From: Eledone cirrhosa
Taxonomy: Eukaryota
Direction of reading: 5' to 3'
Length of the DNA stretch: 64,000 bases
Assembly: GCA_964016885.1 (NCBI GenBank)
Contig: OZ024741.1
Span: forward strand, 114,080,001-114,144,000
Shown piece after piece: positions 10,708 through 22,841 of this stretch. The position numbers were made by a program, and so were the translations under genes. The stretch's first letter is position 1, and each line of letters begins with the position of its first letter. Below the pieces are notes generated by a model, which ran no database searches, was not told the origin of the DNA, and saw nothing but the letters and a program-made list of their open reading frames with translations.

Positions 10708-13700
10708 CAGGTAGCAAATTTGTCACATTGATCTCAATACCATGGTGTGATGTAAATGGTAGGAGTATGTGTTCTGTAATAAATTTACCATATAGTGAAC
10801 TATGGTTATGGTGCATTTATGGTGTGGATTGGGGTAGATTAATGTGCTGTGGTGTGCTTTGTTATAAGTGAGGATTTAAATTTCCACTTTGATTTATGTT
10901 AGAAAAAAAATCTTTCCTTCATTTTTGCATGTGCTATCAACTTCCAAGATGCTCGCAGTGGATTATGCTTTTAGCATATTAACAAAAGATATGACTTCCG
11001 CTGCAATAAAAAAATGACTAGCTTTGTAAATGGTATTTCCACCTACATCCTCCCTCTTTTTTCTACAAAGCTAGTAATTTTTATCAGGTTTCCATGTCAT
11101 AACCATTGATAATATGTGCATAAAATAGTAATTTGTGAGCACCATTTATGTCAGATTGGGTGGTAAGCACACACACACACAAAAAAAAAGGAAACGGGAA
11201 GAAAATGTTTCACACCAAGATCAATAGCTTGGTGCGATGCAGTATGGTGTAACTTGGTATGGTGTGGGTTGGTTTGGTTTGGTAAAGTTATGAAATGGAA
11301 ACCAATTGTTAACGATAGATTCCCATGTCATATTCATTGATAATGTGTGGGAAATTAGTCATTTGCAAGCACCTTTGATGTTAGTTTGAGATGGTAACCA
11401 CAAAAAAAAACAAAAAAAAAAACAGGTAGCAAATTTGTCACATTGATCTCAATACCATGGTGTGATGTAAATGGTAGGTCTTCTGTAATAAATTTACCAT
11501 ATAGTGAACTATGGTTATGGTGAATTTATGGTGTGGTTTGGGGTAGATTAATGTGCTGTGGTGTGCTTTGTTATAAGTGAGGATTTAAATTTCCACTTTG
11601 ATTTATGTTAGAAAAAAAATTTATCCTTCATTTTTGCATGTGCTATCAACTTCCAAGATGCTCGCAGTGGATTATGCTTTTAGCATATTAACAAAAGATA
11701 TGACTTCCGCTGCAATAAAAAATGACTAGCTTTGTAAATGGTATTTCCACCCACATCCTCACTCTTTTTTCTCCAAAGCTAGTCATTTTTATCAGGTTTC
11801 CATGTCATAACCATTGATAATATGTGCATAAAATAGTAATTCGCGAGCACCTTTTAGGTCAAATTTGGTGGTAAGCACAAAAAAAAAAAAAAAAAAGAAA
11901 AGCCAGATGAAAATTTGTCACACCAAAATCAATAGCTTGGTGTGATGTAGTATGGTATGGTTTGGTGAAGTTTCTACAAAGATAGTCATTTTCGACAGGT
12001 TTCCATGTCATAATTATTGATATGTGAAAAAAAAAAAAGTAAATTGGGAGCACCGGGAAAAAATTTTTTCACACCAAGATCAATAGCTTGGTGCGATGTA
12101 GTATGGTGTAACTTGGTATGGTGAAGTTATGAAATGGAAACCAATTGTAAACGATAGATTCCCATGTCATAATCATTGATAATGTGTGGGAATATAGTCA
12201 TTTGCAAACACCTTTGATGTTAGTTTGAGGTGGTAACCACAAAAAAAAAAAAAAAAAGCAGGTAGCAAATTTGTCACATTGATCTCAATACCATGGTGTG
12301 ATGTTAATGGTAGGAGTATGTGTTCTGTAATAAATTTACCATATAGTGAACTATGGTTATGGTGCATTTATGGTGTGGATTGGGGTAGATTAATGTGCTG
12401 TGGTGTGCTTTGTTATAAGTGAGGATTTAAATTTCCACTTTGATTTATGTTAGAAAAAAAATTTTTCCTTTATTTTTGCATGTGCTATCAACTTCCAAGA
12501 TGCTCGCAGTGGATTATGCTTTTAGCATATTAACAAAAGATATGACTTCGGCTGCAATAAAAAATGACTAGCTTTGTCAATGGTATTTCCACCCACATCC
12601 TCCCTCTTTTTTTCTACAAAGCTAGTCATTTTCATCAGGTTTACATGTCATAACCATTGATAATATGTGCATAAAATAGTAATTTGCGAGCACAATTTAT
12701 GTCAAATTGGGTGGTAAGCACAAAAAAAAAAAAAAAAAAAAAAAAATTGACAGATGAAAATTTGTCACACCAAAATCAATAGTTTGGTGTGATGTAGTAT
12801 GGTGTGGTTTGATGAAGTTTCTACAAAGATAGTCATTTTCGACAGGTTTCCATGTCATAATTATTGATAAGTGGAAAAAAAATAGTCAATTGGGAGCACC
12901 TTTAATGTCAGATTGGGTGGTAAGCACACACACACAAAAAAAAAGGAAACGGGAAGAAAATGTTTCACACCAAGATCAATAGCTTGGTGCGATGCAGTAT
13001 GGTGTAACTTGGTATGGTGTGGGTTGGTTTGGTTTGGTAAAGTTATGAAATGGAAACCAATTGTAAACGATAGATTCCCATGTCATATTCATTGATAATA
13101 TGTGGGAAATTAGTCATTTGCAAGCACCTTTGATGTTAGTTTGAGATGGTAACCACAAAAAAAAAAACAAAAAAAAACAGGTAGCAAATTTGTCACATTG
13201 ATCTCAATACCATGGTGTGATGTAAATGGTAGGTCTTCTGTAATAAATTTACCATATAGTGAACTATGGTTATGGTGAATTTATGGTGTGGTTTGGGGTA
13301 GATTAATGTGCTGTGGTGTGCTTTGTTATAAGTGAGGATTTAAATTTCCACTTTGATTTATGTTAGAAAAAAAATCCTTCCTTCATTTTTGCATGTGCTA
13401 TCAACTTCCAAGATGCTCGCAGTGGACTATGCTTTTAGCATATTAACAAAAGATATGACTTCCGTTGCAATAAAAAATGACTAGCTTTGTAAATGGTATT
13501 TCCACCCACATCCTCCCTCTTTTTTCTCCAAAGCTAGTCATTTTTATCAGGTTTCCATGTCATAACCATTGATAATATGTGCATAAAATAGTAATTTGTG
13601 AGCACCATTTATGTCAAATTGGGTGGTAAGCACAAAAAAAAAAAAAAAAATTGACATGAAAATTTGTCACACCAAAATCAATAGTTTAGTGCGATGTAGC

Positions 13701-14620
13701 ATGGTGTGGTTTGATGCAGTTTCTACAAAGATAGTCATTTTCGACAGGTCTCCATGTCATTATTGATAAGTGGAAAAAAAATAGTCAATTGGGAGCACCT
13801 TTAATGTCAGATTGGGTGGTAAGCACACACACACAAAAAAAAAAAAGGAAACGGGAAGAAAATGTTTCACACCATGATCAATAGCTTGGTGCGATGTAGT
13901 ATTGTGTAACTTGGTATGGTGTGGTTTGGGGTAGATTAATGTGGTGTGGTGTGCTTTGTTATAAGCAAGGAATTAAATTTCCACTTTGATTTATGTAAGA
14001 AAAAAATTTTTTCCTTTACTTTTGTATGTGCTATCAACTAATACAACTTCCAAGATGCTCGCAGTGGACTATGGTTTTAGCATATTAAGAAAAAATGACT
14101 AGCTTTGTAAATGGTATTTCCACCCAAATCCTCCCACTTTTTTCTACAAAGCTAGTCATTTTCGACAGTTTTCCATGTCATAATTATTGATATGTGCGAA
14201 AAGTAGTCAATTGCAGCACCTTTGATGTCAGATTGGGTGGTAAGAACACACAAAAAAAAAAAAGAAACAGGAAGAAAATTTTTCACACAGATCAAAAGCT
14301 TGGTGCGATGTAGAATGGTGTAGTTTGGATTGTTGTAGTTATGACATGGGAACCTATTGCAAATGATAGGTTTCCATGTTATATACATTGATAATGTGTA
14401 AAAAAATAGTCATTTGTGAGCACCTTTGATATATCAGATTGGGTGGTCAGCACACACACACGCAGAAAAGAAAAAAAGCAGGAAGAAAAATGTTCTCACT
14501 GAGATTAATATAATGGTCTGATGTAGTATGGTGTAGTTTGTTATGGTGTGGTTTGGTTTGGTGTAGTTTGGTATGGTTTAGTTTGGTGGAGTTATAACAT
14601 GGAAACCTATCATAAATTTA
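6170..14620. repeat. Complex tandem satellite with ~0.84/0.92 kb units built from diverged ~190-bp subrepeats
   Basis: Marker ATGACTAGCTTTGT at about 6281, 6667, 7503, 8420, 9261, 10097, 11014, 11722, 12564, 13477 and 14095; the internal subrepeat TTTCCATGTCATA..ATTGATAA..GCACC..GGTGGTAAGCAC(A)n recurs about three times per unit. Confidence 0.95.
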
Positions 14621-14819
14621 GCAAGGTATAGTATAATCTGGTTTGGTGTAGTGTAGGTTAGTGTGGTGTGGTGTGTTATTGTGTTGCATCATATAGCGTG
14701 ATTCTCTTTAAATTAAAATCATTAAAATGTAATACCTATCTTCTATATCTTAAAGAGTGACCTTAAATGTGATTGCAAATGACTTTTTTTCTGGATTAAT
14801 GTTAGGGTAAGTTTTACTG

Positions 14820-17800
14820 TTAATGGTAAGTTTATTGTTAGTGACTGTGTTACTGTTAACATTACTGTCACTGTTAGTGTTACTGTAACTCTTACTCTTA
14901 CAGTTACTGTTTGCGTTACTGTCTGCATCAGCGTTAGCATTTGCATAAGCGTCTATGTAAGCTTTTGTGTTAGTGTCTATGTAGACTGATGTTAGCATCT
15001 GCGTTAGTGTTTGCGTAAATGTCAGCATTTGCGTCAGCGTCTGCATTGGTGATAGTGATTGTGTCAGCATTTCCTTTAGCGTGTGAGTCAACATTAGTGT
15101 TAGCATTAGTGTTTGTTTCAGTGCCTACGTCTATGTCAGCTTCTGAGTCAGCATTATCATTAGCGTCCGCATCAGCACTTGTGTCAGTGTCAGCGTTTGC
15201 ATCAGCGTGCACGTCAGCATTTGCCTTAGTGTTTGAGTCAGTGTTAACATCAGCGTTTGCATTTGCGTCAGCATCTGCATCAGCATTCACATTAGCATTA
15301 GCATTTGCGACAGCGTTTCCTTTAACGTCTTTGTCAGCATTTCCGTTAGCGTCTGTGTCAGCGTGTACGTTAGCTTCTACGTCAGCGTTTCCGTTAGCAT
15401 CTATGTCAGTGTTTCCGTTAGCTTCTACGTCAGCGTTTCCGACCGCGTCTGTGTCAGCGTCAGTATTTACATCTACATCAGCGTTTCAGTTAACATCAGT
15501 GTTTACGTTAGCGTCTGTGTCAGCGTTTACGTTAGCTTCTACGTCAGCCTTTCCGTAACGTCTACGTCAGCGTTTTCCGTTAGCATTGGCGTTTCCATCA
15601 ACCTTTCCTGTGGCGTCCGCATCATTGCAGCGTCTGCATATCCCATGTAAGCGTTAACTTCAGCATTTGCGTCAGCGTTAGCCTTAACCCTGGCGTCCGC
15701 ATCAGCATTTGCGTTAGCGTCAGCATATACGTCAGCGCCGGCAATACTGCCTCAACATTTGTGTCAGCGTTAGCTTGGCTTTGGCTTCAGCAATCCGCAT
15801 CAACAATTGCGTTTTGGAGATCAGCTTCGGCGGTAAGGGTAAACGCTAATTTCTACGCCTGCTTCTACGTAACAACTACGTAGCGTTTTGTTAGCTTCTA
15901 CGTCAGCGTTTACATCAGCATCTACGTCAGCATCTACGTTAGCTTCTACATCAGCATCTACGTCATCGTTTACGTTAGCTTCTACATCAGCATCTACATT
16001 AGCTTCTACGTCAGCGCTTACATTAGTGTCTGTGTCAGCGTTTGTGTTAGCTTCTACATCAGCGTCTGTATTTACATCTACATCAGCGTCAGTGTTTACA
16101 TTTGCGTCTGTGTCAGCGTTTACGTTAGCTTCTACGTCATCATTTACGTTAGCGTCTGTGTCAACGTGTGTTAACATCTGTGTCAGCGGTTATGTTAGCC
16201 TCTGCGTCAGTGTTTATATTAACATCTGCGTCAGTGTTTACGTTAGCATCTGTGTTAATGTGTGTCAGCATCTGCGTCAGCATTTTCATTAGTGTTTGCA
16301 TCAGTGTTTCCTTTAGTTTCTACGTCAATGTTTACATCTGCGTTAAGGTTCACATTAGCATCGCTGTCATCGTTTCTGTTTGCTTTAACATCTGCATCAA
16401 CATTTGCGTCTGTGTTTGCATTAGTGTCTGCATTTGCTTTAGTGTTTGCATCAGCGTGAGCATTTGTGTCAGTGTCCATGTCAGCGTTAGTCTGTGTCGC
16501 ATTTACATCAGCGTGTGCATCAGAGTCTTTGTCAGCATTCGCCTTTGCACCTGCATCAGTATTCACGTTAGTGTTTGTGTCAGCATAAGCGATTGTGTAA
16601 ACATTTGCGCTAGCGTTTGTGCCAGCATAGCCATCTTCGTCAGTGTCAGCGTTGGCGTTAGTGTTAGTGTTTCCATTAGTGTTCGTGTTTGATTTTGTAT
16701 TAGTGTTAGCATTTTTGTTAGTGTTTGTGTTAGTGTTCAGGTTAATGTTGACTTAGTTTTCTGGTTAGTGTTAGTTTTCAGATTAGGGCTCGTGTTACTT
16801 TTAGTGTTAGTGCTCAGGTTAGTGGTTTATGGTAGTGTTAGTGTTCAGGTTAATGTTCGTGTTAATGTCAGTTTTAGTGTTAGTGTTTACAGTAGTGTTA
16901 GTGTTATTTTTTCCATTAGTGTTAGTGTTTTATTTTGTGTTAATGTTTGTGTTAGTGTTTCCATTCGTGTTAGTGCTAGTCTTTGTTTTTCTGTTAATGT
17001 TAGCTTAGTTTTCTGGTTAGTATCAGTTTTCGTGTTAGTTTTAGTGTTAGTGTTAAGGTTAGTGTTAGTGTTTTTTTAGTGTTAATTTTTATGGTAGTGT
17101 TAGTGCTCAGATCAGTGTTAGTGTTTGTGTTACTGTTTATGGTAGTGTTAGTTTTAGTGCTAGTGTTTAGGTTAATGTTAGTTTTAGTGTAAGTGTTCAG
17201 GTTAGTGTTAGTGTTATATATTGTGTTAGTGTTTGTTTTTGTGTTAATATTTGTGTTAGTATCTCTGTTAGCATTAGTGGTTGATGTTTCCATTAGTGTT
17301 AGTGATTGTGTTAGCGTTAGTCTTTGTTTTTGTGTTAATGTTAGCATTAGTATTTGTTAGTGTTAGCATGAGTGTTTGTGTTAGTGTTCAGGTTAATGTT
17401 AGCTTAGTTTTCAGGTTAGTGTTAGCGTTCAAGTTAATGTTAGTTTTAGTGTTAGAGATTGTGTTAGTGTTTGTTTTTGTGTTAATATTTGTGTTAGTAT
17501 CTCTGTTAGTGTTAGTTTTAGTGTAAGTGTTCAGGTTAGTGTTAAAGTTAATGTTAGTTTTAGTGTTAGTATTTGTTTTTGTTTCCATTAGTGTTAGTGA
17601 TTGTGTTAGCGTTAGTCTTTGTTTTTGTGTTAAGGTTAGCATTAGTATTTCTATTAGTGTTAGCATTAGTGTTCAGGTTAATGTTAGCTTAGTTTTCAAG
17701 TTAATGTTAGTGTTGAGGTTAGTGTTAGAGATTGTGTTAGTGTTTGTTTTTGTGTTAATATTTGTGTTAGTATCTCTGTTAGCGTTAGTTTTAGTGTTGA

Positions 17801-18150
17801 AGTTAATGTTAGCTTAGTTTTCTGGTTAGTATCAGTTTTCAGATTAGTGTTTGTGTTAGTGTTACTTTTAGTGTTAGTGTTTATGGTAGTGTTAGTTTTA
17901 GTGCTAGTGTTCAGGCTAATGTTTGTGCTAATGTTAGTTTTAGTGTAAGTGTTCAGGTTAGTGTTAGTGTTTGTATTAGTGTTTACGGTAGTGTTAGTTT
18001 TAGTGCTGGTGTTCAGGTTAGTGTTAGTGTCAGTGTTAGTGTTTGTGTTAGTTTTCTATTTAATGTTAGTTTTCAGATTTTGTGTTTGTGTTAGTTTTCA
18101 TGTTAGCGCTAAGTTCACTGTTAGAGCATGTGTGAGTGCAAGTGTTAGGG
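14820..18150. repeat. Degenerate hexamer simple-repeat region (GTCAGC/GTTAGC/GTTAGT)n
   Basis: 6-bp periodicity gives AS-, VL-, TN- and AD-repeat pseudo-ORFs in several frames on both strands. Confidence 0.9.
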
Positions 18151-18229
18151 TAAGTTATTTTTAAAGTTCAGTTTTAGCTTAAAGTTAGGTTTTCTACTTT
18201 CCAGGAAAAAAGTTGATCCTCTCTAACTT

Positions 18230-18445
18230 GAGTGGTGTAATATAGTGTGGTAAAGTATAGTGTTTCATAGTCTTGTGTGGTGTTGTCTATTGTATAGTGT
18301 AGTATGGTATATTGTTTCATAGCATGGTCTGATGTGAGGTCGTACAGTGTTTCGTAGTGTGGTGTTGGATAATGTGGTATGGTATAATGTTTGTCAGTGT
18401 GGTGTGGCATGGTATGGTATAGGTTGATGTAGTGTGGCTTAGTTT
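18230..18445. repeat. Degenerate pentamer repeat (GTGTG/GTATG/TAGTG)n
   Basis: Direct reading; similar tracts at 20495-20830 and 21880-22135. Confidence 0.8.
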
Positions 18446-19008
18446 GATTATAATACAAATAATAATAACAATAATAATAATTGTTGTTCTTGTTCATTTT
18501 CTTTGTCTTCTTCTGTGCCTTTGACTTCTTCTGTGCCTTTGACTTCTTCTGTGCCTTTATCTTCTCCTCTGCCATCTAAATACCAAAAACAAAGAATGTA
18601 AAACATATGTTGCCTATCTCTCAGACTTTACAAAGTGCTGAGGAGATAAAATTAATTTAAAGAGCAGTGTGCTCATGCACTGTGATCCTACAACGTAGCT
18701 TATAAGCTATTTCGTAACTAAAAAACAATGTCAAACATCAACAAAAGTATATACAAATATCTTTGAATGTTTAAGTTAAACCTAAATAGATTGTATCTAC
18801 AGGTCATTAGGTTAAGACTGAACTAAGATCATATCTATAAATCATTAGGTTTAGACTGAACTGAGATCATACTTTCTTCTTCTTTTCGTCATCTTCGTTT
18901 CCTGTGTCTTCTTTGTCTTTGTTGTCATTTTCATTTTAGTCGTCTGCTTCGTCGCCTTTTTCTTCTTTTCCATCAAAATATAAAAAAAAATTGTAAACAA
19001 ATATATAG

Positions 19009-20025
19009 ATTTCTATTTATTGCCACTAGGGCACAAAAGAAGGGGACAAATACAAGGGGGGAGTTTACACAAAAAGGCGAGTAAAGAAAACAAATAACAA
19101 ATATAAAATTAACAATAGAGTCCTCAATAGGGAGGGGGCGTTTGGGGGGTTGCACACATCCCCGAAAAAAGTGTGCAACCCCTTCTCCTCAGGAGCACAG
19201 AGAGAGGGTGCTCCCTCATTCCTTCCTTTTTTCCACCTACAGGCTGATGTAGAGAGAAGGCCCATTCACACGGGCCATTCTTGCCACTTTCACCCACCTT
19301 TCATAAAAAACGACTGGGGTTGAGCATCTCGCTCTCCATCCTGATCCTTCTTCCGAAATGATATCGCAAGAAACGGATCAGTTGTTGGCCAGAGAAAAGG
19401 GTGCCTGACCCGAGTCCTTTCAGACGTGTCCACCATACAACCTCTTTCACCATGGTTATTACGCACAGAAACACCGCCTCTCCTTCATTTTTGAAGGGGG
19501 GAGGCGGCTTAATCGTTACAATGGCCTCGGTTGTCAACCGGATCGGTCCCACCTGTGATAGCAGTCGTTCGACATAGCCCCACAGATCGGCTACGCCCGA
19601 GCAGTGTACCAATGCGTGTGCAACGGTTTCCTCGTCGCACACGCATCTGGGACAGATCTTTTTGGCGGGGTCCCTACCCGGGCGCCCGTGTCTGTAGAGC
19701 CCCTCTGTAGCACTGCCAGACCAGGGACTTCTGGAAGTTGTCCATAGGTCCCGGGCTGAATGTCCTACCGAACAGGCTGGCCAGTTCGTCTTCCTCCATG
19801 TCTAGGGCTTCTCTGAGGGCGTCGTCGCACCTGCTGCGTACCAGCCCTCTATAGAATGTTGCGGTGGAGTCTCCACTGATAACCGGGTCCGCCTGCCAGA
19901 GGGCCGTGAGCCCCTGGGCACACTGTGCCAGGCACCCAGTTTTCTCGGTCTTTGCTTGACCCAGGATTGCAGCTTGGTGAATGAGACGAGACATGGGAAA
20001 GGTTCGTCTCACAAACGGGGCCCAC
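19009..20025 (-). mobile_element. 5'-truncated L1/Tx1-clade LINE 3' end with a CCHC zinc knuckle and a 12-bp target-site duplication
   Basis: Minus strand reads MDNFQKSLVWQCYRGAL..KICPRCVCDEETVAHALVHCSGVADLWGYVERLL (zf-RVT-like). GC-rich, ends GCAATAAATAGAAAT, and is flanked by ACAAATATATAG at 18997-19008 and 20026-20037. Confidence 0.85.
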
Positions 20026-20097
20026 ACAAATATATAGCTGATCTCTCAGACTTTCACGAAACACCGAGGAGATACAGTTAATATAACGAATGGGGAG

Positions 20098-20128
<31 letters not shown>

Positions 20129-20494
20129 GGTATAGCATGGTGTTATGTGGTCTGGTGTGGTACAACATGGTGTGATGTGGTGTGGTATGATATGGTGAGG
20201 CGGGGGAGGGGGGGGACAATTAGAATAATGCTAACAATACACATGTAGCATCCACATGTGATGAGAAGGGGGAAACAGAGTTTAACTAATTTTAACATTA
20301 CATGTAGCATCCATCTACAGGTGATTAAGTTAAGACTGAGGTGTAATCATATGAAAAGGTCAATTTAAAACTACACTGAGATTCTGCTTAAAATGATGGT
20401 CAATGAAGTGTTTACTTACTCAGATCCTTTGAAATAACTTTCTTTCTCTTACTGTAACTGGAAATACCTACGAAATAGAAAGCAGTCGAATAGA

Positions 20495-20830
20495 CAGTGG
20501 TGTGGTGTGGTGTAGTGTGGTTTAGTGTAGTGGACAGTGGTGTGGTGTAGTGTAGTGGAGTGTGGTTTAGTGTAGTGGAGTGGAGTGTGGTTCAATGTAG
20601 GGTGGGGGATATGGTGTAGTGGAGTGTGGTGGGATGTAGTGTGGTAGCATGTGGTGTGATGGCATGTGATGTGATGTGGCGTGGTGAAATGTGATGTGAT
20701 GTGATGAAATATGGCGTGGCGTGGTGAAATGTAATGTGATGTGATGAGGCGAGGCGAGGCGAGGCGAGACGAGACGTGATGTGATATGGTGAGATATGGT
20801 GTGATGTGGTGTGGTGTGATGTGATGTGAA
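20495..20830. repeat. Pentamer simple repeats (GTGTG/GTAGT/GTGAT/GAGGC)n
   Basis: Direct reading. Confidence 0.9.
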
Positions 20831-21119
20831 ATTTTTTCATCCTAATTTTCATGTGCTATCAACTAATCCAATCTCCAAAATGCTTGAAACTGACTTTTTC
20901 CCCCCAGGAAAATGGCGGGGTGAGGTGGTTCCCCCTTTCACCCGGATAACACCTGCTTACTCGGAATTTTCTCTTTGATTCTATTTTCATGCGTTATCAG
21001 TGAATATGACTTACAAACCAGTCAAAAACAACTAGCTTTGGAGAAAGAGGAGGGAGAGGGGAAGAGTTTTGCAGATCTACACCCCACTCACATGTTGTGG
21101 GACTTAATCATTTTCGGTA

Positions 21120-21205
21120 TATTTCCTGTGCTATTTCCTGTGCTATTTCCTATGCTATTTCCTATGCTATTTCCTATGCTACTTCCTATGCTATTTCCTG
21201 TGCTA
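21120..21205. repeat. 12-bp minisatellite (CTATTTCCTRTG)~7
   Basis: Direct reading; gives an FPVL/FPML pseudo-ORF. Confidence 0.9.
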
Positions 21206-21251
21206 TTAATTAATCTGACCTCCTAGATGCTTCCAACCAACTTATTTCCCT

Positions 21252-21545
21252 GGGTTAGGTTTAGGGTAATGTTTAGGGTTTAGTTTTAGGGTTGGGGTAA
21301 TGTTTAGGGTCTAGTTTTAGGGTTGGGGTAAAGTTTAGGGTTTAGTTTTAGGTTTGGGGTAAAGTTTAGGGTTTAGTTTTAGGTTTGGGGTAATGTTTAG
21401 GGTCTAGTTTTAGGGTTTAGTTTTATGGTTGGGGTATAGTTTAAGGGTTGGGGTAATGTTTATATTTAGATTTAGCTTGGTTTAGTTTAGATTTAGAGTT
21501 TAGGGTTGGGGCTAGATTTAATTTTATGTTTAATTTAGTTTTAGT
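21252..21545. repeat. Degenerate interstitial telomere-like tract (TTAGGG/TTTAGG/TTGGGG)
   Basis: GGTTAGGTTTAGGGTAATGTTTAGGGTTTAGTTTTAGGGTTGGGG with ~30-bp super-periodicity. Confidence 0.7.
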
Positions 21546-21879
21546 TTCCAAATCCCAGAAGAAAAAAAATTGATTCAGAGCAACTAAAAGGTCAGATTAG
21601 TTGATAGCACTCAAAAGGAGACCGAAGAAAAATCATTAGGATATATATCTACAAAACGACAATGGTTTTTCCACCTGCTTTAACCCTCCTTTTTCCTAGA
21701 ACAACTAATCATTTCCAACTGGTTTGGAGGTCATATTCGTTGATAACATACGAAAAATCTTAGAGAAAACTCTGGGGTTAAATGAGAGAAGTGCATCCAC
21801 CTAAGTTTTCCATGAAGAGAGAGTCAATAACAAACATCTTGGAGTTCGGATTAGTTGATAACACATGAAAAAATGTTGG

Positions 21880-22135
21880 GTGTTATGTGGTGTGGAGTGT
21901 TTTTATGTGGTGCGATGTAGTGAGGTGTGGTGTGTTGTATTGTGGTGTTATGTGGTGTGGAGTAGTGTGGTGTGTTTTTATGTGGAGTGGTGTGTTGTGT
22001 TGTAGTGAGGAGTGGTGTGTTGTATTGTAGTGAGGAGTGGTGTTATGTGGTGTGGTGTAGTGTTGTATGTTTTTGTGGTGTGGTGTGATGTGGTGTGGTG
22101 CACTGCGATGTGGTGTGGTGCAGTGTTGTGCAGTG
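21880..22135. repeat. Pentamer simple repeat (GTGTG/GTAGT)n
   Basis: Direct reading. Confidence 0.9.
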
Positions 22136-22327
22136 AGGTTCTTCATCTTTATCTTCTTCATCTTTGTATTCATCTTCTTTGTTTTGTCTTCCATCTAAAC
22201 AAAAAAAAAATATATATATATAAAACATATATGTAGCCAATCTCTCAGACTTACAAAGCTCCAGGGAGATAAATTTAATATAAGTGGTGTGTTCCTGAAC
22301 AGAGATACTACAAAATAGCTTAAAAGC

Positions 22328-22385
<58 letters not shown>

Positions 22386-22529
22386 TACACAGGTGTGTAT
22401 GATTGTGTATAGAAGATTATATTAATAAAAGGAATTCCAACTTTGTCTGATTTACTCGTTTTATTTACAATCCTTTAAAATTATAATGGTATTAGAATGA
22501 AATAGTATGGTAGAATATTAAGTGTTAAT

Positions 22530-22568
22530 TGAACAAGTAATTTCATGCTTTCGCAATCTTCAGGTTCA
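22530..22568 (-). ncRNA. Minimal type I hammerhead motif, inverted second copy
   Basis: TGAAC-CTGAAGA-T-TGC-GAAA-GCA-T-GAAA-TTAC-T-T-GTTCA; one substitution breaks the stem III palindrome. Confidence 0.55.
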
Positions 22569-22802
22569 TATTCTGTGGTGACAGTCAAGTTCACAATTTT
22601 CAACTGTAATGAAATGGGTAAATTTTGTGCCTTCTATACAGTGAAAAGCGGCTACAGAATGCTAATTTTGCAAACTGTATTTCGACCAATCGGTGTGTAG
22701 TTTCACTGAATTACCGAAGCCGCTTTTCACTGTATATAAGGCACAAAATTTACCCATCTCATTACAGTTGAAAATTGCAAACTTGACTGTCACCACAGAA
22801 TA

Positions 22803-22841
22803 TGAACCTGAAGATTGCGAAGGCATGAAAGTACTTGTTCA
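22803..22841 (+). ncRNA. Minimal type I hammerhead ribozyme motif
   Basis: TGAAC-CTGAAGA-T-TGC-GAAG-GCA-T-GAAA-GTAC-T-T-GTTCA: 5-bp stem I, canonical CUGANGA and GAAA, short stem II, palindromic stem III (AGUACU), CUU cleavage triplet. Confidence 0.7.

Noticed and set aside
6737-14388. Recurring short ORFs (MTWKPVENDYLCRNF.., MHHNHSSLYGKF..) read as a peptide gene family
   Set aside because: They are translations of satellite units broken by variable poly(A/T) tracts
14743-18164. Ala/Ser-, Val/Leu- or Asp/Ala-rich ORFs read as adhesin, antifreeze or membrane proteins
   Set aside because: Products of a degenerate hexamer repeat, overlapping on both strands
21252-21545. True telomere or chromosome fusion site
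   Set aside because: Short, degenerate and in one orientation only, with no head-to-head TTAGGG/CCCTAA junction
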